Below, one piece after another: positions 1 to 9,679 of a DNA stretch of 64,000 nt. The DNA is from Aulosira sp. ZfuVER01 (GTDB taxonomy: Bacteria; Cyanobacteriota; Cyanobacteriia; Cyanobacteriales; Nostocaceae). Position numbers and translations under genes: made by a program. The notes beneath the pieces were generated by a model. That model was given only the letters and a program-made list of their open reading frames with translations. It ran no database searches and had not been told where the DNA came from. Position 1 is the stretch's first letter. Every line of letters begins with the position of its first letter. The stretch covers positions 1-64,000 of the forward strand of contig JAVRCV020000001.1 of the NCBI GenBank assembly GCA_034530615.2, written 5' to 3'.

Positions 1-52
1 GTTTCCGATTTCCTTCCTGATTATACTCCTCCCGTAGTAACAAAAGAGGGTT

Positions 53-1078
53 TATCATCTGATTTCCTTTCTAGTAGCCGCCGTAGTCGTTCTCTGGACT
101 ACGCCAGATGTCAAAAACATTGGGATCAAAAGTGGACGTGTAGATCAACCTGGTGGACGCAAAGTTCATCAACGCCCGATGGTACGCCTGGGAGGAGTTT
201 CGATTTTCGCCGGGACTGTCACCTCTTTACTAATTGTCTGGTGGTTAGGTGGATTTGGCAGTCTCCCACCGGAAAAAGAATGGCAAATTTGGGGTGTCAC
301 CTTAGGTGGTCTCGGCTTTTTTCTGATTGGTTTAGCCGATGATTTGCTGAACCTGTCTCCTTTGTCACGTCTATTGATGCAAATGATTGTGGCAACTGGT
401 GCATGGAAAGCAGGCGTCAGTATAGATTTTATTACTATTCCCACAATGGGGATTGTTAACCTCGACTGGCTGAGTTTACCGATCACAGTCATTTGGCTGG
501 TAGGAATGGTCAATGCCATTAACTGGATTGACGGTTTAGATGGATTAGCGGCTGGGGTATCGGGAATTGCCGCTATGGCGATGCTAGTTGTAGCTCTGTT
601 TATGAACCAACCAGCAGCAGCCCTCATTGCCGCAGCCCTCGCTGGTGCATCACTGGGATTCCTCCGCTACAATTTCAACCCCGCTCAAATCTTTATGGGA
701 GATGGCGGGGCTTATTTTATGGGATTTACCCTAGCATCTGTAGGTGTAATTGGTCTGGTCAAAATCCCGGCTTTCACCGCTGTACTATTGCCTTACTTGA
801 TTCTTGCTGTACCAATTGTAGATATGTCAGCAGTGATTTTAGCGCGACTGCGTCGAGGCAAATCTCCATTTACAGCAGATAAAAGCCATTTGCATCACAG
901 ACTACTCAAAGCTGGTTTATCTCATCGCTGGACGGTTTTATTTATTTATTCTTTAACTGTGTGGGTTGGCAGTTTAGCATTGGCTATTGCTGGCATACCT
1001 AGCGGTATTGCTTATGCTTGTGCTGGAACTTCGCTGCTTAGTTTCGCTATCTGGCGAGTTTGGAAAATATCTCGGTAA
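53..1078 (+). CDS. MraY/WecA family (glycosyltransferase 4) polyprenyl-phosphate GlcNAc-1-phosphate transferase; 5' end lacks a canonical start
   Basis: Motifs GLADD, NAINWIDGLDGL, IFMGDGG, ADKSHLHHRL and many TM helices. The frame is open upstream of ATG179 (YHLISFLVAAVVVLWTTPDVKNIGIKSGRVDQPGGRKVHQRP) back to TAA at 38-40. Confidence 0.85.
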   Translation, partial: YHLISFLVAAVVVLWTTPDVKNIGIKSGRVDQPGGRKVHQRPMVRLGGVSIFAGTVTSLLIVWWLGGFGSLPPEKEWQIWGVTLGGLGFFLIGLADDLLNLSPLSRLLMQMIVATGAWKAGVSIDFITIPTMGIVNLDWLSLPITVIWLVGMVNAINWIDGLDGLAAGVSGIAAMAMLVVALFMNQPAAALIAAALAGASLGFLRYNFNPAQIFMGDGGAYFMGFTLASVGVIGLVKIPAFTAVLLPYLILAVPIVDMSAVILARLRRGKSPFTADKSHLHHRLLKAGLSHRWTVLFIYSLTVWVGSLALAIAGIPSGIAYACAGTSLLSFAIWRVWKISR

Positions 1079-1187
1079 AATCAAGTATTTTAGATTTGTA
1101 ATTTTGGGAAAGTTTGCTAGGTTGGTAAACTCCTCCCAGAAATGGCTCAACTTTCCATAAAATATTAAATCTCAAATCTAAAATCTG

Positions 1188-2441
1188 ATGAGTGCAGAAA
1201 TTATTTGTGTTGGTACGGAAATGCTGTTAGGAGATATTCTTAACAGCAATGCGCAATTTCTAGCAAAACAATTAGCCCAGTTAGGTATTCCCCACCACTA
1301 TCAAACCGTAGTCGGGGATAATCCTGAACGACTAAAGCAAGTTATAGAAATTGCTACCTCAAGGGCGCAAATTTTGATTTTCACAGGTGGCCTTGGCCCC
1401 ACGCCAGATGACCTCACCTGCGAAACCATCGCTGATTTTTTTGGAGCACCTTTGGTAGAAAGTGCTGAAATTATCGAAGATATAACTCAGAAATTTGCCC
1501 AGCGCGGTCGGGTGATGAGTCCTACTAACCGCAAACAAGCTTTGATTCCTCAAGGTGCAGAAATTTTACCCAACCCCACAGGTACAGCACCTGGCATTAT
1601 CTGGCAACCCCATCCAAATGTCACTATTTTTACTTTCCCTGGTGTACCATCTGAAATGTACCGGATGTGGGAAGAAACAGCAGTACCTTTTCTCAAAAGC
1701 CAAGGCTGGGGCAAAGAAGTTATTTATAGCCGGAGTTTAAGGTTTTGGGGAATTGGTGAATCTGCTTTAGCGGAAAAAGTAGCCCCTTATTTTAATTTGT
1801 CTAACCCCACAGTTGCACCTTACGCAGGCACTGGGGAAGTCAGACTAAGAATCTCTGCTAAAGCAGATTCGGAAGCCGCAGCAGTAGATTTGATTGCCCC
1901 TATTGAAAAACAAATCAAGGAAATTGCAGGCTTAGATTATTACGGTGTTGATAATGATACTTTAGCATCAGTGATTAGTCAGTTATTGCAAGGTTCGGGA
2001 GAAACCTTATCAGTAGCAGAATCTTGCACTGGTGGTGGACTAGGGCAAATGTTAACTGATATTTCTGGCAGTTCCGAGTACTTTTGGGGTGGGGTAATTT
2101 CTTATGACAACTCCGTGAAAGTGGGTTTGTTAGGAGTTAAACCAGACGACCTGGCTAAATCTGGCGCTGTCAGTGCTATTGTCGCAGAGCAAATGGCAGT
2201 CGGTGTAAAAACTCGCCTCTCTACCACTTGGGGATTAGGCGTGACTGGTATTGCTGGACCAACTGGCGGAACCGACACCAAGCCTGTAGGTTTGGTTTAC
2301 ATTGGTTTAGCTGGGCCGAAAAATGAAGTTGCCAGTTTTGAGTATCGTTTTGGGACAACACGGAATCGGTCTTATATTCGCTATGTCAGCGCGTGTGCAG
2401 CATTGGATGCACTGCGGCGGAAGTTATTGACGAGGGAGTAA
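1188..2441 (+). CDS. cinA: Competence/damage-inducible protein A (MoCF-biosynthesis-like domain plus CinA/PncC domain)
   Basis: MSAEIICVGTEMLLG, TGGLGPTPDDLT, FPGVPSEM, SVAESCTGG, TGIAGPTGG. Confidence 0.95.
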   Translation: MSAEIICVGTEMLLGDILNSNAQFLAKQLAQLGIPHHYQTVVGDNPERLKQVIEIATSRAQILIFTGGLGPTPDDLTCETIADFFGAPLVESAEIIEDITQKFAQRGRVMSPTNRKQALIPQGAEILPNPTGTAPGIIWQPHPNVTIFTFPGVPSEMYRMWEETAVPFLKSQGWGKEVIYSRSLRFWGIGESALAEKVAPYFNLSNPTVAPYAGTGEVRLRISAKADSEAAAVDLIAPIEKQIKEIAGLDYYGVDNDTLASVISQLLQGSGETLSVAESCTGGGLGQMLTDISGSSEYFWGGVISYDNSVKVGLLGVKPDDLAKSGAVSAIVAEQMAVGVKTRLSTTWGLGVTGIAGPTGGTDTKPVGLVYIGLAGPKNEVASFEYRFGTTRNRSYIRYVSACAALDALRRKLLTRE

Positions 2442-2465
2442 CACGATTTACTCACTATTTAATAT

Positions 2466-2492
2466 TAGCCGCACCCTTCAGGGCTGCGGCTA
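2466..2492 (+). terminator. Stem-loop after cinA
   Basis: tagccgca-ccc ttca ggg-c-tgcggcta inverted repeat 25 bp after the stop, T-run shortly downstream. Confidence 0.55.
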
Positions 2493-2813
2493 GCTTGTGT
2501 AACTAGCTTTTTCAACAAAATCTCAAAGCTGGGAATTTTTACTGGATAATTTATTTTTTTGATAGTTACTTAGGCTTACAAATATATGGGGTTTTCTTTT
2601 AATTAATGGAGTTTGAGTATACTACTAATTGAAGTACGGAATGTGGGTTAAAAGTTATTACTATCCAAAACCTTTACCAAGCTTTTCCTTTTTTGCAGGC
2701 TCTATAGTCATCCATGTTCTACAGAACTTAATCATTTCATCAGTTACGAATTTCGCCACAAATCTTAATAATTACTTACATATCACATTAAGCGATCGCC
2801 CCTCTCATCCCTT

Positions 2814-3425
2814 GTGAAACACTATCAACTACAACCAAACGCCTTCCCCAGCAATTACCTCAACGACTTATGGGGAGAAATTCATGCTTGTTCTTACTTT
2901 GCTGTCAACAACCTCAACCGCGATTTTGTCGGGACAAAAGGATTTTCTGTGGTGTTTCAAAAATCACATATAGCGCAGGTAGAACAAAAGTTTCCTTACT
3001 TCAAGCTTTATCTGGATTTGGCTCTCCAGCCTAACTGTAATGCTTTTTACCTCAATCCTTTATTACTCAAGGAAGGTTCCCGTGTCGATCCGCACATCGA
3101 TCGCTCTTTGCGTTCCTACTGCAAAACCATTGAACCACCGCTAGTTGTCAGCGTTCTTTATGTGCGCGTACCAACGGATATGCAGGGGGGAGAACTGGTA
3201 CTCAAGTCATATAAACGCCAACTTGGGCAAATTAAGCCACAAACGAATACTTTACTTCACTTTCAAGGTGATTTAACCCATTCTGTCAACGCAGTACAAA
3301 CTCCCGGAAATCGCCTGAGTCTGGTTTGCGAACAGTATAGTTTGAACGATGTAGAACTCGCAGAAATACCAGAATTTACCATCGAATCAAGAGTTGCTCA
3401 GTATGCAACAAAAAAACGCAAGTAA
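2814..3425 (+). CDS. 2OG-Fe(II) oxygenase family protein
   Basis: HxD (PHID), GGEL, distal His (LTHSV) and RLSL motifs. Confidence 0.85.
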   Translation: MKHYQLQPNAFPSNYLNDLWGEIHACSYFAVNNLNRDFVGTKGFSVVFQKSHIAQVEQKFPYFKLYLDLALQPNCNAFYLNPLLLKEGSRVDPHIDRSLRSYCKTIEPPLVVSVLYVRVPTDMQGGELVLKSYKRQLGQIKPQTNTLLHFQGDLTHSVNAVQTPGNRLSLVCEQYSLNDVELAEIPEFTIESRVAQYATKKRK

Positions 3426-3452
3426 GTTTTGGACTTTTGACTTTTGACATTT

Positions 3453-3755
3453 TCACGCTGGAATAAATACAGCGGCATAGAATTTTCGGAAATTGCGATC
3501 GAATCAATATTTCCCTGATTCGTTAATATTCATACCGAAATCTTAGCCGACTCTCGCAGCAAATTTATTGGTATTGTTGGCGAAGTTGGTTATCGAATTT
3601 TAGCAGAAGTTGAACAAATACAAATTAAGCAAATTAACGTCCTAGCTGACTATGCTTTATATGCAGGAGTTGGACAAAAAACAACAATGGGAATAAGGAT
3701 GATTCGCCGCTTAGATATTCAGCTTACAGAAAAATTTAAGTTGAAATTAGTCTAA
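3453..3755 (+). pseudogene. cas6: C-terminal remnant of CRISPR endoribonuclease Cas6 (cyanobacterial type I-D-like)
   Basis: Manual translation SRWNKYSGIEFSEIAIESIFP*FVNIHTEILADSRSKFIGIVGEVGYRIL...QINVLADYALYAGVGQKTTMGIRMIRR contains the Cas6 Gly-rich loop (GVGxKTTMGxG, last Gly mutated). In-frame TGA at 3516-3518; no start codon. Confidence 0.85.
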
Positions 3756-3870
3756 ATCACTAATATGGATTTCAAAGTATTTGAGTTAAAATTCAACACA
3801 ATCCCTATGAAGGGTGATAATTTGTAACTAAGTATTACTACTGAGACATAATCTGCTGTAAGCTGAATAA

Positions 3871-4239
3871 ATGAACTACGAAACAGCGCGCAAAATCCTT
3901 ATAGACCAAGTATTAACAACCGAGAACCATCCAGATTCCTTGTTAATGCGTATGAAACAGGGAAAACCGCCAGTTCCCGGTCAAATCACCTCGATTTTGT
4001 TGGCGTTAAAAGTGGTGTTTGAAGCCCTCAAAGAAGCCTCTACTCTAGATAGAGACTTGGCCTATGCCCTTTTTGAGTTAAGCATTAAGACTCAACAGCT
4101 ATTTGCCGCAGGGCGTAAAGCTGGGGTTGATTGGCCGCCATTACTGAAGGAAGATTTGCTGCGAATTTCTCTAGCAGCTGAAAGTATTTTTTCTGGTACA
4201 TGGCAAGCCCCACCATCTGGAGGGCTTGGGGGATTATAA
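3871..4239 (+). CDS. Conserved cyanobacterial hypothetical protein
   Basis: 122-aa ATG ORF with a plausible helical protein composition (QGKPPVPGQITSILLALK). Confidence 0.75.
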   Translation: MNYETARKILIDQVLTTENHPDSLLMRMKQGKPPVPGQITSILLALKVVFEALKEASTLDRDLAYALFELSIKTQQLFAAGRKAGVDWPPLLKEDLLRISLAAESIFSGTWQAPPSGGLGGL

Positions 4240-4298
4240 AAAGGCTGAAGTCTGAATAATAAAGTATAAAATACCCAACTCTTCAACTTATTGGAGAA

Positions 4299-4416
4299 AA
4301 GGCAGAGGGCAGGAGGTAGAAGCAAGAAAGTATATTTTGCCATCTAGAAGCAGGTTGAGAACAACTAAATTATTTATGGAGATTCCTTCTGCCCTCTTCC
4401 TCCTATCTTCTGCCTC
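4299..4416. repeat. Dispersed inverted-repeat element with GGCAGAG-heptamer arms
   Basis: aggcagagggcaggagg ... ccttctgccctcttcctcc...ttctgcct; same arm type at 43441-43634. Confidence 0.55.
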
Positions 4417-4418
4417 AA

Positions 4419-5030
4419 TCAACGATTTCGCAGTTCTGCTTCCAATTTGTCTAAATCGCTTTTGAGTAAAACCGTCATTTGACCGGTGAAAGCTTTGCCT
4501 GTCTTTGGTTGGGCAACTTCTACCCAATAGGCATAGCGATCGCCTACTCGCAATTCTCCTTGCAAAGCTTCTCTAATCGGAGTTTTGGCAAACCGGGCTG
4601 AGTTAACGGCGCTTTGATTAGGATACTTATAAATTAGCTGCGCACGCTCAAAGTCTTGATAGATATCTAGCCCATAAATTACCCGTAACGCTTCCTGAAA
4701 ACGTGCAATTGTCATGCCGTTAACAGCATCATACATAGTCATGCGCTCGCTGCGAATCATGCTGCGGTCTTTAGCAAATCCGACTTTACCAGCAGGTAAC
4801 ACGGATGCTAAAAAGGTGAATCGCTGGGCGGCTGTGTCACTCTTTTGTACAAATAATCGCTCTCCACGATTAGGACGTAGGGTGGGATGTGCTTTAATCC
4901 AAGTATCTACTTCTTCTGTTTTCTGCCCTGGTAAAGCATTGGCTTTATAATCAGCAAGCATTCCCACTGATAGCCAGGACACTAGAGAAACAGGCAAAAT
5001 CAAAAAGGTAAGCAGAGGTTTTTTTAGCAT
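4419..5030 (-). CDS. Hypothetical exported protein
   Basis: 203-aa ORF with a signal-peptide-like N-terminus (ANA-LPGQ). Confidence 0.75.
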   Translation of the reverse strand: MLKKPLLTFLILPVSLVSWLSVGMLADYKANALPGQKTEEVDTWIKAHPTLRPNRGERLFVQKSDTAAQRFTFLASVLPAGKVGFAKDRSMIRSERMTMYDAVNGMTIARFQEALRVIYGLDIYQDFERAQLIYKYPNQSAVNSARFAKTPIREALQGELRVGDRYAYWVEVAQPKTGKAFTGQMTVLLKSDLDKLEAELRNR

Positions 5031-5282
5031 TTTCTCTCCAGGACTTACATGGAAATTTCCCCATTGGAAATAACAGGGATGTAACCATAGTCTTCCCCTT
5101 TTTCAGCCAGATTATTTCATATAAAGTTGGCGGAAAAATCCATCTCCTTGTGAGTAAGCAGGAATAATCGCCCGCCAACTTGGGGCATTGGGGATTGGGA
5201 ATTGGGCATTGATAACTCTTCGCCGTGCCCCACGCCCCATTCCCTATGCCCAAAAACTCCACTCCTTGCTGGGTGAAGTTTT

Positions 5283-6314
5283 TTATTCAGGTGTCAGTGC
5301 TACCTTAATTACCTTACGCGCTTTCATATCACTAAATATCTGTGCTAAATCCTTTAAAGGGCGATGTTCGCTAATCAGTAGTTCTAAAGGATGTTTACGC
5401 CTAGCGATCATTGCTAGGGCAGCCCGGACATATTCTGGAGTGTTGTGAAATACACCTTTAAGGGTAAGTTCGCTGTAGTGTAGCTGTTCTGTGTTGACAG
5501 TAATACTTGTATCTCGCGGACAGCCACCAAATAAGTTAACAGTTGCACCAGGACGGGCAGTTGCGATCGCAGTTTCCCAAACGCTGGGTACTCCAGTTGC
5601 TTCAATCACCACATCTGCGCCCCATCCTTGGGTAAGTTCTTTGACTACACTGGGAATATCCGGAATTTGGTGATAGTTAAAAGTCTTAGCTGCACCTAAT
5701 TTTTTACCAATCTCTAGCCTTTGGTCATTACCTCCCCACAGCCAAACCTCGACTTTGGCACGATCGGCTAAAGCGGCAACAAACATTAGCCCAATTGCCC
5801 CATCGCCCAGCACAACTACCCGGTCGTCAGCTTTGATTTGGGTACGTCCTACCCCATGCAATACACAAGCCAAAGGTTCGGTCATTGCTGCCAATTCAAA
5901 GGGCAACTCATCGGGAATTCGCAATAAATTATGCTGTACTATCGGCGCAGGAATTTTTAGGTATTCGGCAAAAGTGCCATTATTCCAGGTCAAATTTGGG
6001 CATAGAGAATATTCTTGCCGTTGACAAAAAAAGCAATTCATGCATGGAGCAGAATTATTGGCGACAACGCGATCGCCTACTTGCCAATCTGTAACACCTT
6101 CACCCAATGCGACAATTCGCCCCGCCGCTTCATGGCCAAATAAAGTCGGTGGTGTGAGCATTCTGGCATGACCACCACGCCGCCACACTTTTAAATCTGT
6201 ACCGCAAGTTGTCGCAGCACCAACTTGGATTACTACCTCACCAGCAGCCGGAGTGGGGTCTGGGACATTTTCGAGGCGGAAATCTTCCTGACCATAAAGT
6301 AAGGCTGCTAACAC
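5283..6314 (-). CDS. Zinc-dependent alcohol dehydrogenase (MDR family)
   Basis: CGTD, GHE, CxxCxxC...C zinc site, GDGAIG. Likely start GTG at 6314 (VLAALLYG). Confidence 0.9.
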   Translation of the reverse strand: MLAALLYGQEDFRLENVPDPTPAAGEVVIQVGAATTCGTDLKVWRRGGHARMLTPPTLFGHEAAGRIVALGEGVTDWQVGDRVVANNSAPCMNCFFCQRQEYSLCPNLTWNNGTFAEYLKIPAPIVQHNLLRIPDELPFELAAMTEPLACVLHGVGRTQIKADDRVVVLGDGAIGLMFVAALADRAKVEVWLWGGNDQRLEIGKKLGAAKTFNYHQIPDIPSVVKELTQGWGADVVIEATGVPSVWETAIATARPGATVNLFGGCPRDTSITVNTEQLHYSELTLKGVFHNTPEYVRAALAMIARRKHPLELLISEHRPLKDLAQIFSDMKARKVIKVALTPE

Positions 6315-6380
6315 AGCTTTTAACCTAAAATAATGACTCCACATGATTTTATCAGGTGAAGTCACGTCGCTTCGCTCCGA

Positions 6381-6407
6381 ATTCAAAATTCAAAATTCAA
6401 AATTCAA
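6381..6407. repeat. Short tandem heptamer repeat (ATTCAAA)n, STRR-type
   Basis: attcaaaattcaaaattcaaaattcaa. Confidence 0.7.
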
Positions 6408-6530
6408 GACACCCATAAATAAATTTATGAACCACTGCGTTGCGGGGGTTCCCTCCGTTGTAGTAAGTGGCGTGGGCTTGTATCTTTTTCGTTTTCGGTA
6501 TTCAGAATTCAGCCTTAAATTTATAGGTTT

Positions 6531-6556
6531 GTAGTCAGAACTTTAGTTCTGACTAC
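6531..6556. repeat. GTAG-type REP-like palindrome
   Basis: gtagtcagaact-tt-agttctgactac. Confidence 0.6.
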
Positions 6557-6567
6557 GAATCATCTTG

Positions 6568-6771
6568 TTATGTATTGACTGTTGGTTGGGGGAGTACTCC
6601 CGTATTTCGGGTTTCCGCATTAGACAGACGACTTAGCGTTAATAGTGGTACTTCTTGCCGACAAGTTAGGCAAAACCAATAAACTTCACTATGCCGAATA
6701 TGGCGCAGGAGGGAACCACCACAACATGGGCAAGTGTTGGTTCTCATACTCATAACTATGTCCTCCCTCAA
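6568..6771 (-). CDS. Small zinc-ribbon protein
   Basis: CPCCG...YWFCLTCRQE, two CxxC pairs; the true start may be an internal Met. Confidence 0.7.
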   Translation of the reverse strand: MREDIVMSMRTNTCPCCGGSLLRHIRHSEVYWFCLTCRQEVPLLTLSRLSNAETRNTGVLPQPTVNT

Positions 6772-6809
6772 AAAGATAATGTTGTAAGATGCACGAAAAA
6801 TTTTGTTGA

Positions 6810-7877
6810 TTAAAGACGGATTTTGGCAGCGTGAATGTGCCCATTCAAGTCTATGCGATTTTTGATTATTTGTTCATAGACTGCTTCATAACCATTAACC
6901 ATTTGGGCAATGCTAAATTTGTTTTCTACGTGTTTACGACAGGTTAGTCTATTAAGTTTTAAAGCTTCAGGAATCATGTCTGCCATTTCTTCATAATCTT
7001 GGCAAACAAAACCTGTTTCACCGTGAGCAATAACTTCTGGTACAGAACCCAGATTCATGGCAATTACAGGTGTACCAGTTGCCATTGATTCAATCATTAC
7101 CAAACCAAAAGGTTCTTGCCAGGTAATCGGAAACAGAGTGATTGCAGCATTGCCCAAGAGTTCAGCTTTTTGTGCGTGGTTCACTTCACCTAAATATTCA
7201 ATTTGCTGACCATCTATATGGGGGGCAATCTCTTGTTCAAAAAACTTCGAGTCTACTACATCAATCTTTCCTGCCATCTTTAAGCGCCAACCACTCTGTT
7301 TCGCAATAGTGATCGCATGGTGGGGGCCCTTTTCGGGGGAAAAGCGCCCTAAGAATGCCAAATATTCTGGTTCTTGGGGTTGTTTATTGAAGGGGTAATC
7401 TTCAGGTTTAATTCCGTTGTAAACAGTGCCAAAATAGCTTAAATCTATCTGTCGCTGTGCGTTACTAATACTGATGTATGGTTGCTTTTTATGGTGGCTA
7501 AACGCCTTTTTGTTATCCTTTGTAAAGCTGCCGTGCAGAGTATGTACAGTGGGAGTAGATACTAAACTCGCCAAAGATAATGCCGAAATCCCTACATGAG
7601 AATGAATAATATCGAATTCCTGCGATCGCTGGTAAACTTGGCTAAGTTCAAGCATTTCATACACTGCATACTCTTTGACATTCGGGTCTAAACGCAATGC
7701 TCGCGGATAAACTGCTTCTAAATTAGCCAGAGTTTGGGAATCACCAGAGGCAAATAAAGTGACTTCATGACCGCGACGAACTAGTTCATCAGTCAAGTGA
7801 CTCACTACCAGTTCAATTCCTCCATAGGTAACTGGTGGAACTCGTTCCCAGAGGGGGGCAACTTGAGCGATTTTCAT
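6810..7877 (-). CDS. Glycosyltransferase family 4 protein
   Basis: MKIAQVAPLWERVPP.YGGIE, GRFSPEKG, EPFGLVMIESMATGTPV. Confidence 0.92.
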   Translation of the reverse strand: MKIAQVAPLWERVPPVTYGGIELVVSHLTDELVRRGHEVTLFASGDSQTLANLEAVYPRALRLDPNVKEYAVYEMLELSQVYQRSQEFDIIHSHVGISALSLASLVSTPTVHTLHGSFTKDNKKAFSHHKKQPYISISNAQRQIDLSYFGTVYNGIKPEDYPFNKQPQEPEYLAFLGRFSPEKGPHHAITIAKQSGWRLKMAGKIDVVDSKFFEQEIAPHIDGQQIEYLGEVNHAQKAELLGNAAITLFPITWQEPFGLVMIESMATGTPVIAMNLGSVPEVIAHGETGFVCQDYEEMADMIPEALKLNRLTCRKHVENKFSIAQMVNGYEAVYEQIIKNRIDLNGHIHAAKIRL

Positions 7878-8326
7878 ATGTTTTGGTTCAGCCGATTAAA
7901 TAGCTCTCAAGGTGAGAACTGATGTCAACGTTTGAGGGCAAAAAGTTTTATACTTAATCTTCTGAAATTTAAATTAACCAAAACTATGCTTACCAGTGCA
8001 ATATCGGTTAACCGTACCGTCAAAACAGCACCAATAAATTTCAGCTAATCAGTGATTGCCTCAGACGACTACAATACAAAGATACAATCGACTGCTAACT
8101 CCTTTCATCTGTCTAGGGGATCATTAAACAAATGCCTATTTTGTAACTTATCGTACTGATTGGCAAATTTTGTAGCTGAGAATACTAAATTTTACTTTGG
8201 GATCAATTCTCCTCAAGGCTGATTTAGGGAAAAGCGCTAAAAATCTAGGGAATCTATGATTATTAAATAAATCTAAAATACTCCTTTTTGATGATTAGCT
8301 AATTAATTTATGTAAATTTCGACTCC

Positions 8327-9109
8327 ATGAAAATTGCTACTTGGAACGTTAATTCAATTCGCACGCGCCTAGAACAAGTTATTAATTGGTTAAACCAAAA
8401 TCCAGTTGATGTACTTTGCTTACAAGAGACAAAAGTTGTAGATGCAGACTTTCCGCGATCGCCCTTTGAACAGTTAGATTATCAAGTTTATATTTCAGGA
8501 CAAAAAGCATACAACGGTGTCGCTTTAATTAGCCGTAAGTCACTGTTAGATGTCAGTGCTGGATTCACATCAATTGTGCCCAATTTACAGCCAGAATGGG
8601 ACGAACAAAAACGAGTAATTACGGGAATTATTGATAATGTGAGGATTGTGAATCTTTATGTTCCTAACGGTTCATCTGTAGGTAGTGAAAAATACGAATA
8701 TAAACTGCGTTGGTTGACAGTCTTGCGTGAGTATTTGCAACTGCTATTAAAATCACAATCTGCCATCTGTGTATGCGGTGACTTTAATATCGCTTTAGAC
8801 GCCAAAGATATTCACGATCAAGTCAAAGCAGACAATCACATCATGGCATCCGAGCCAGAACGCCAAGCCCTACGCGATATACTAACGCTGGGATTTGCTG
8901 ATGCTTTTCGCAAATTCACCTCTGAAGGCGGACACTTCAGCTGGTGGGATTACCGTACCGCAGCCTTTCGACGCAATTTAGGCTGGCGGATTGACCATCA
9001 CTATCTCACGCCAGTTTTGTATGAGCGGGCGAAAAGTTGCATTATTGATGTGGCACCAAGAAAATTGACCCAGCCTAGCGACCATACACCAGTGATTGTG
9101 GAATTTTGA
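8327..9109 (+). CDS. xth: Exodeoxyribonuclease III
   Basis: MKIATWNVNS, LQETK, YVPNG, GDFN, FSWWDYR, RIDH, SDHTP. Confidence 0.95.
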   Translation: MKIATWNVNSIRTRLEQVINWLNQNPVDVLCLQETKVVDADFPRSPFEQLDYQVYISGQKAYNGVALISRKSLLDVSAGFTSIVPNLQPEWDEQKRVITGIIDNVRIVNLYVPNGSSVGSEKYEYKLRWLTVLREYLQLLLKSQSAICVCGDFNIALDAKDIHDQVKADNHIMASEPERQALRDILTLGFADAFRKFTSEGGHFSWWDYRTAAFRRNLGWRIDHHYLTPVLYERAKSCIIDVAPRKLTQPSDHTPVIVEF

Positions 9110-9679
9110 GAAGGCAGAAGAGGGGGATAGTAATTATGTAGTAGCGTATGTAATAAAAAATGTTTGTAGTAGTGCTTTAGCGCCCTATCAATTAGAAATC
9201 TAATGCACAACTTTAGCCTTGACGTGCTATTGGGGTGCGTTATGACGAAGTTTAACGTCAAGTAATAACCCATTCCGCTGAACCGATACCAAAGAAAAGG
9301 CTCACAGATACTTTTTTCAACCTAGCACCGTCGTATTTAGGCATTTTTCGATTAACTTAAATTTCTATCATTGCAGTATATATACTCAATACCAATCGAC
9401 AGCATAAATCCTGTTTGCCATAACTACATATAGATGCTGGAAATTCCAGCTAAAAAGCAACTCAAGCTTTGGCAAATAGGCGCGGTTTTTAACGACCTAG
9501 TTCTTACTATTAAGATAGATAAAGCGTGACTTAATTCGTATAGTTAGTCAGAGGATATCTTGAGTATGGTTACTAAGTATACAAATATACTCATGTTGAA
9601 TAGCTAATTTCCGGTTCAAGTAGATATCTAGCTTTTCGAGAACGCTAAAGATTGAAAGTATTCATAATTAGGTCATTCT

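Noticed and set aside
2629..2817. Remnant of an upstream cas gene, or a real CDS
   Set aside because: TTG start, low-complexity AT-rich sequence, no recognisable Cas motif.
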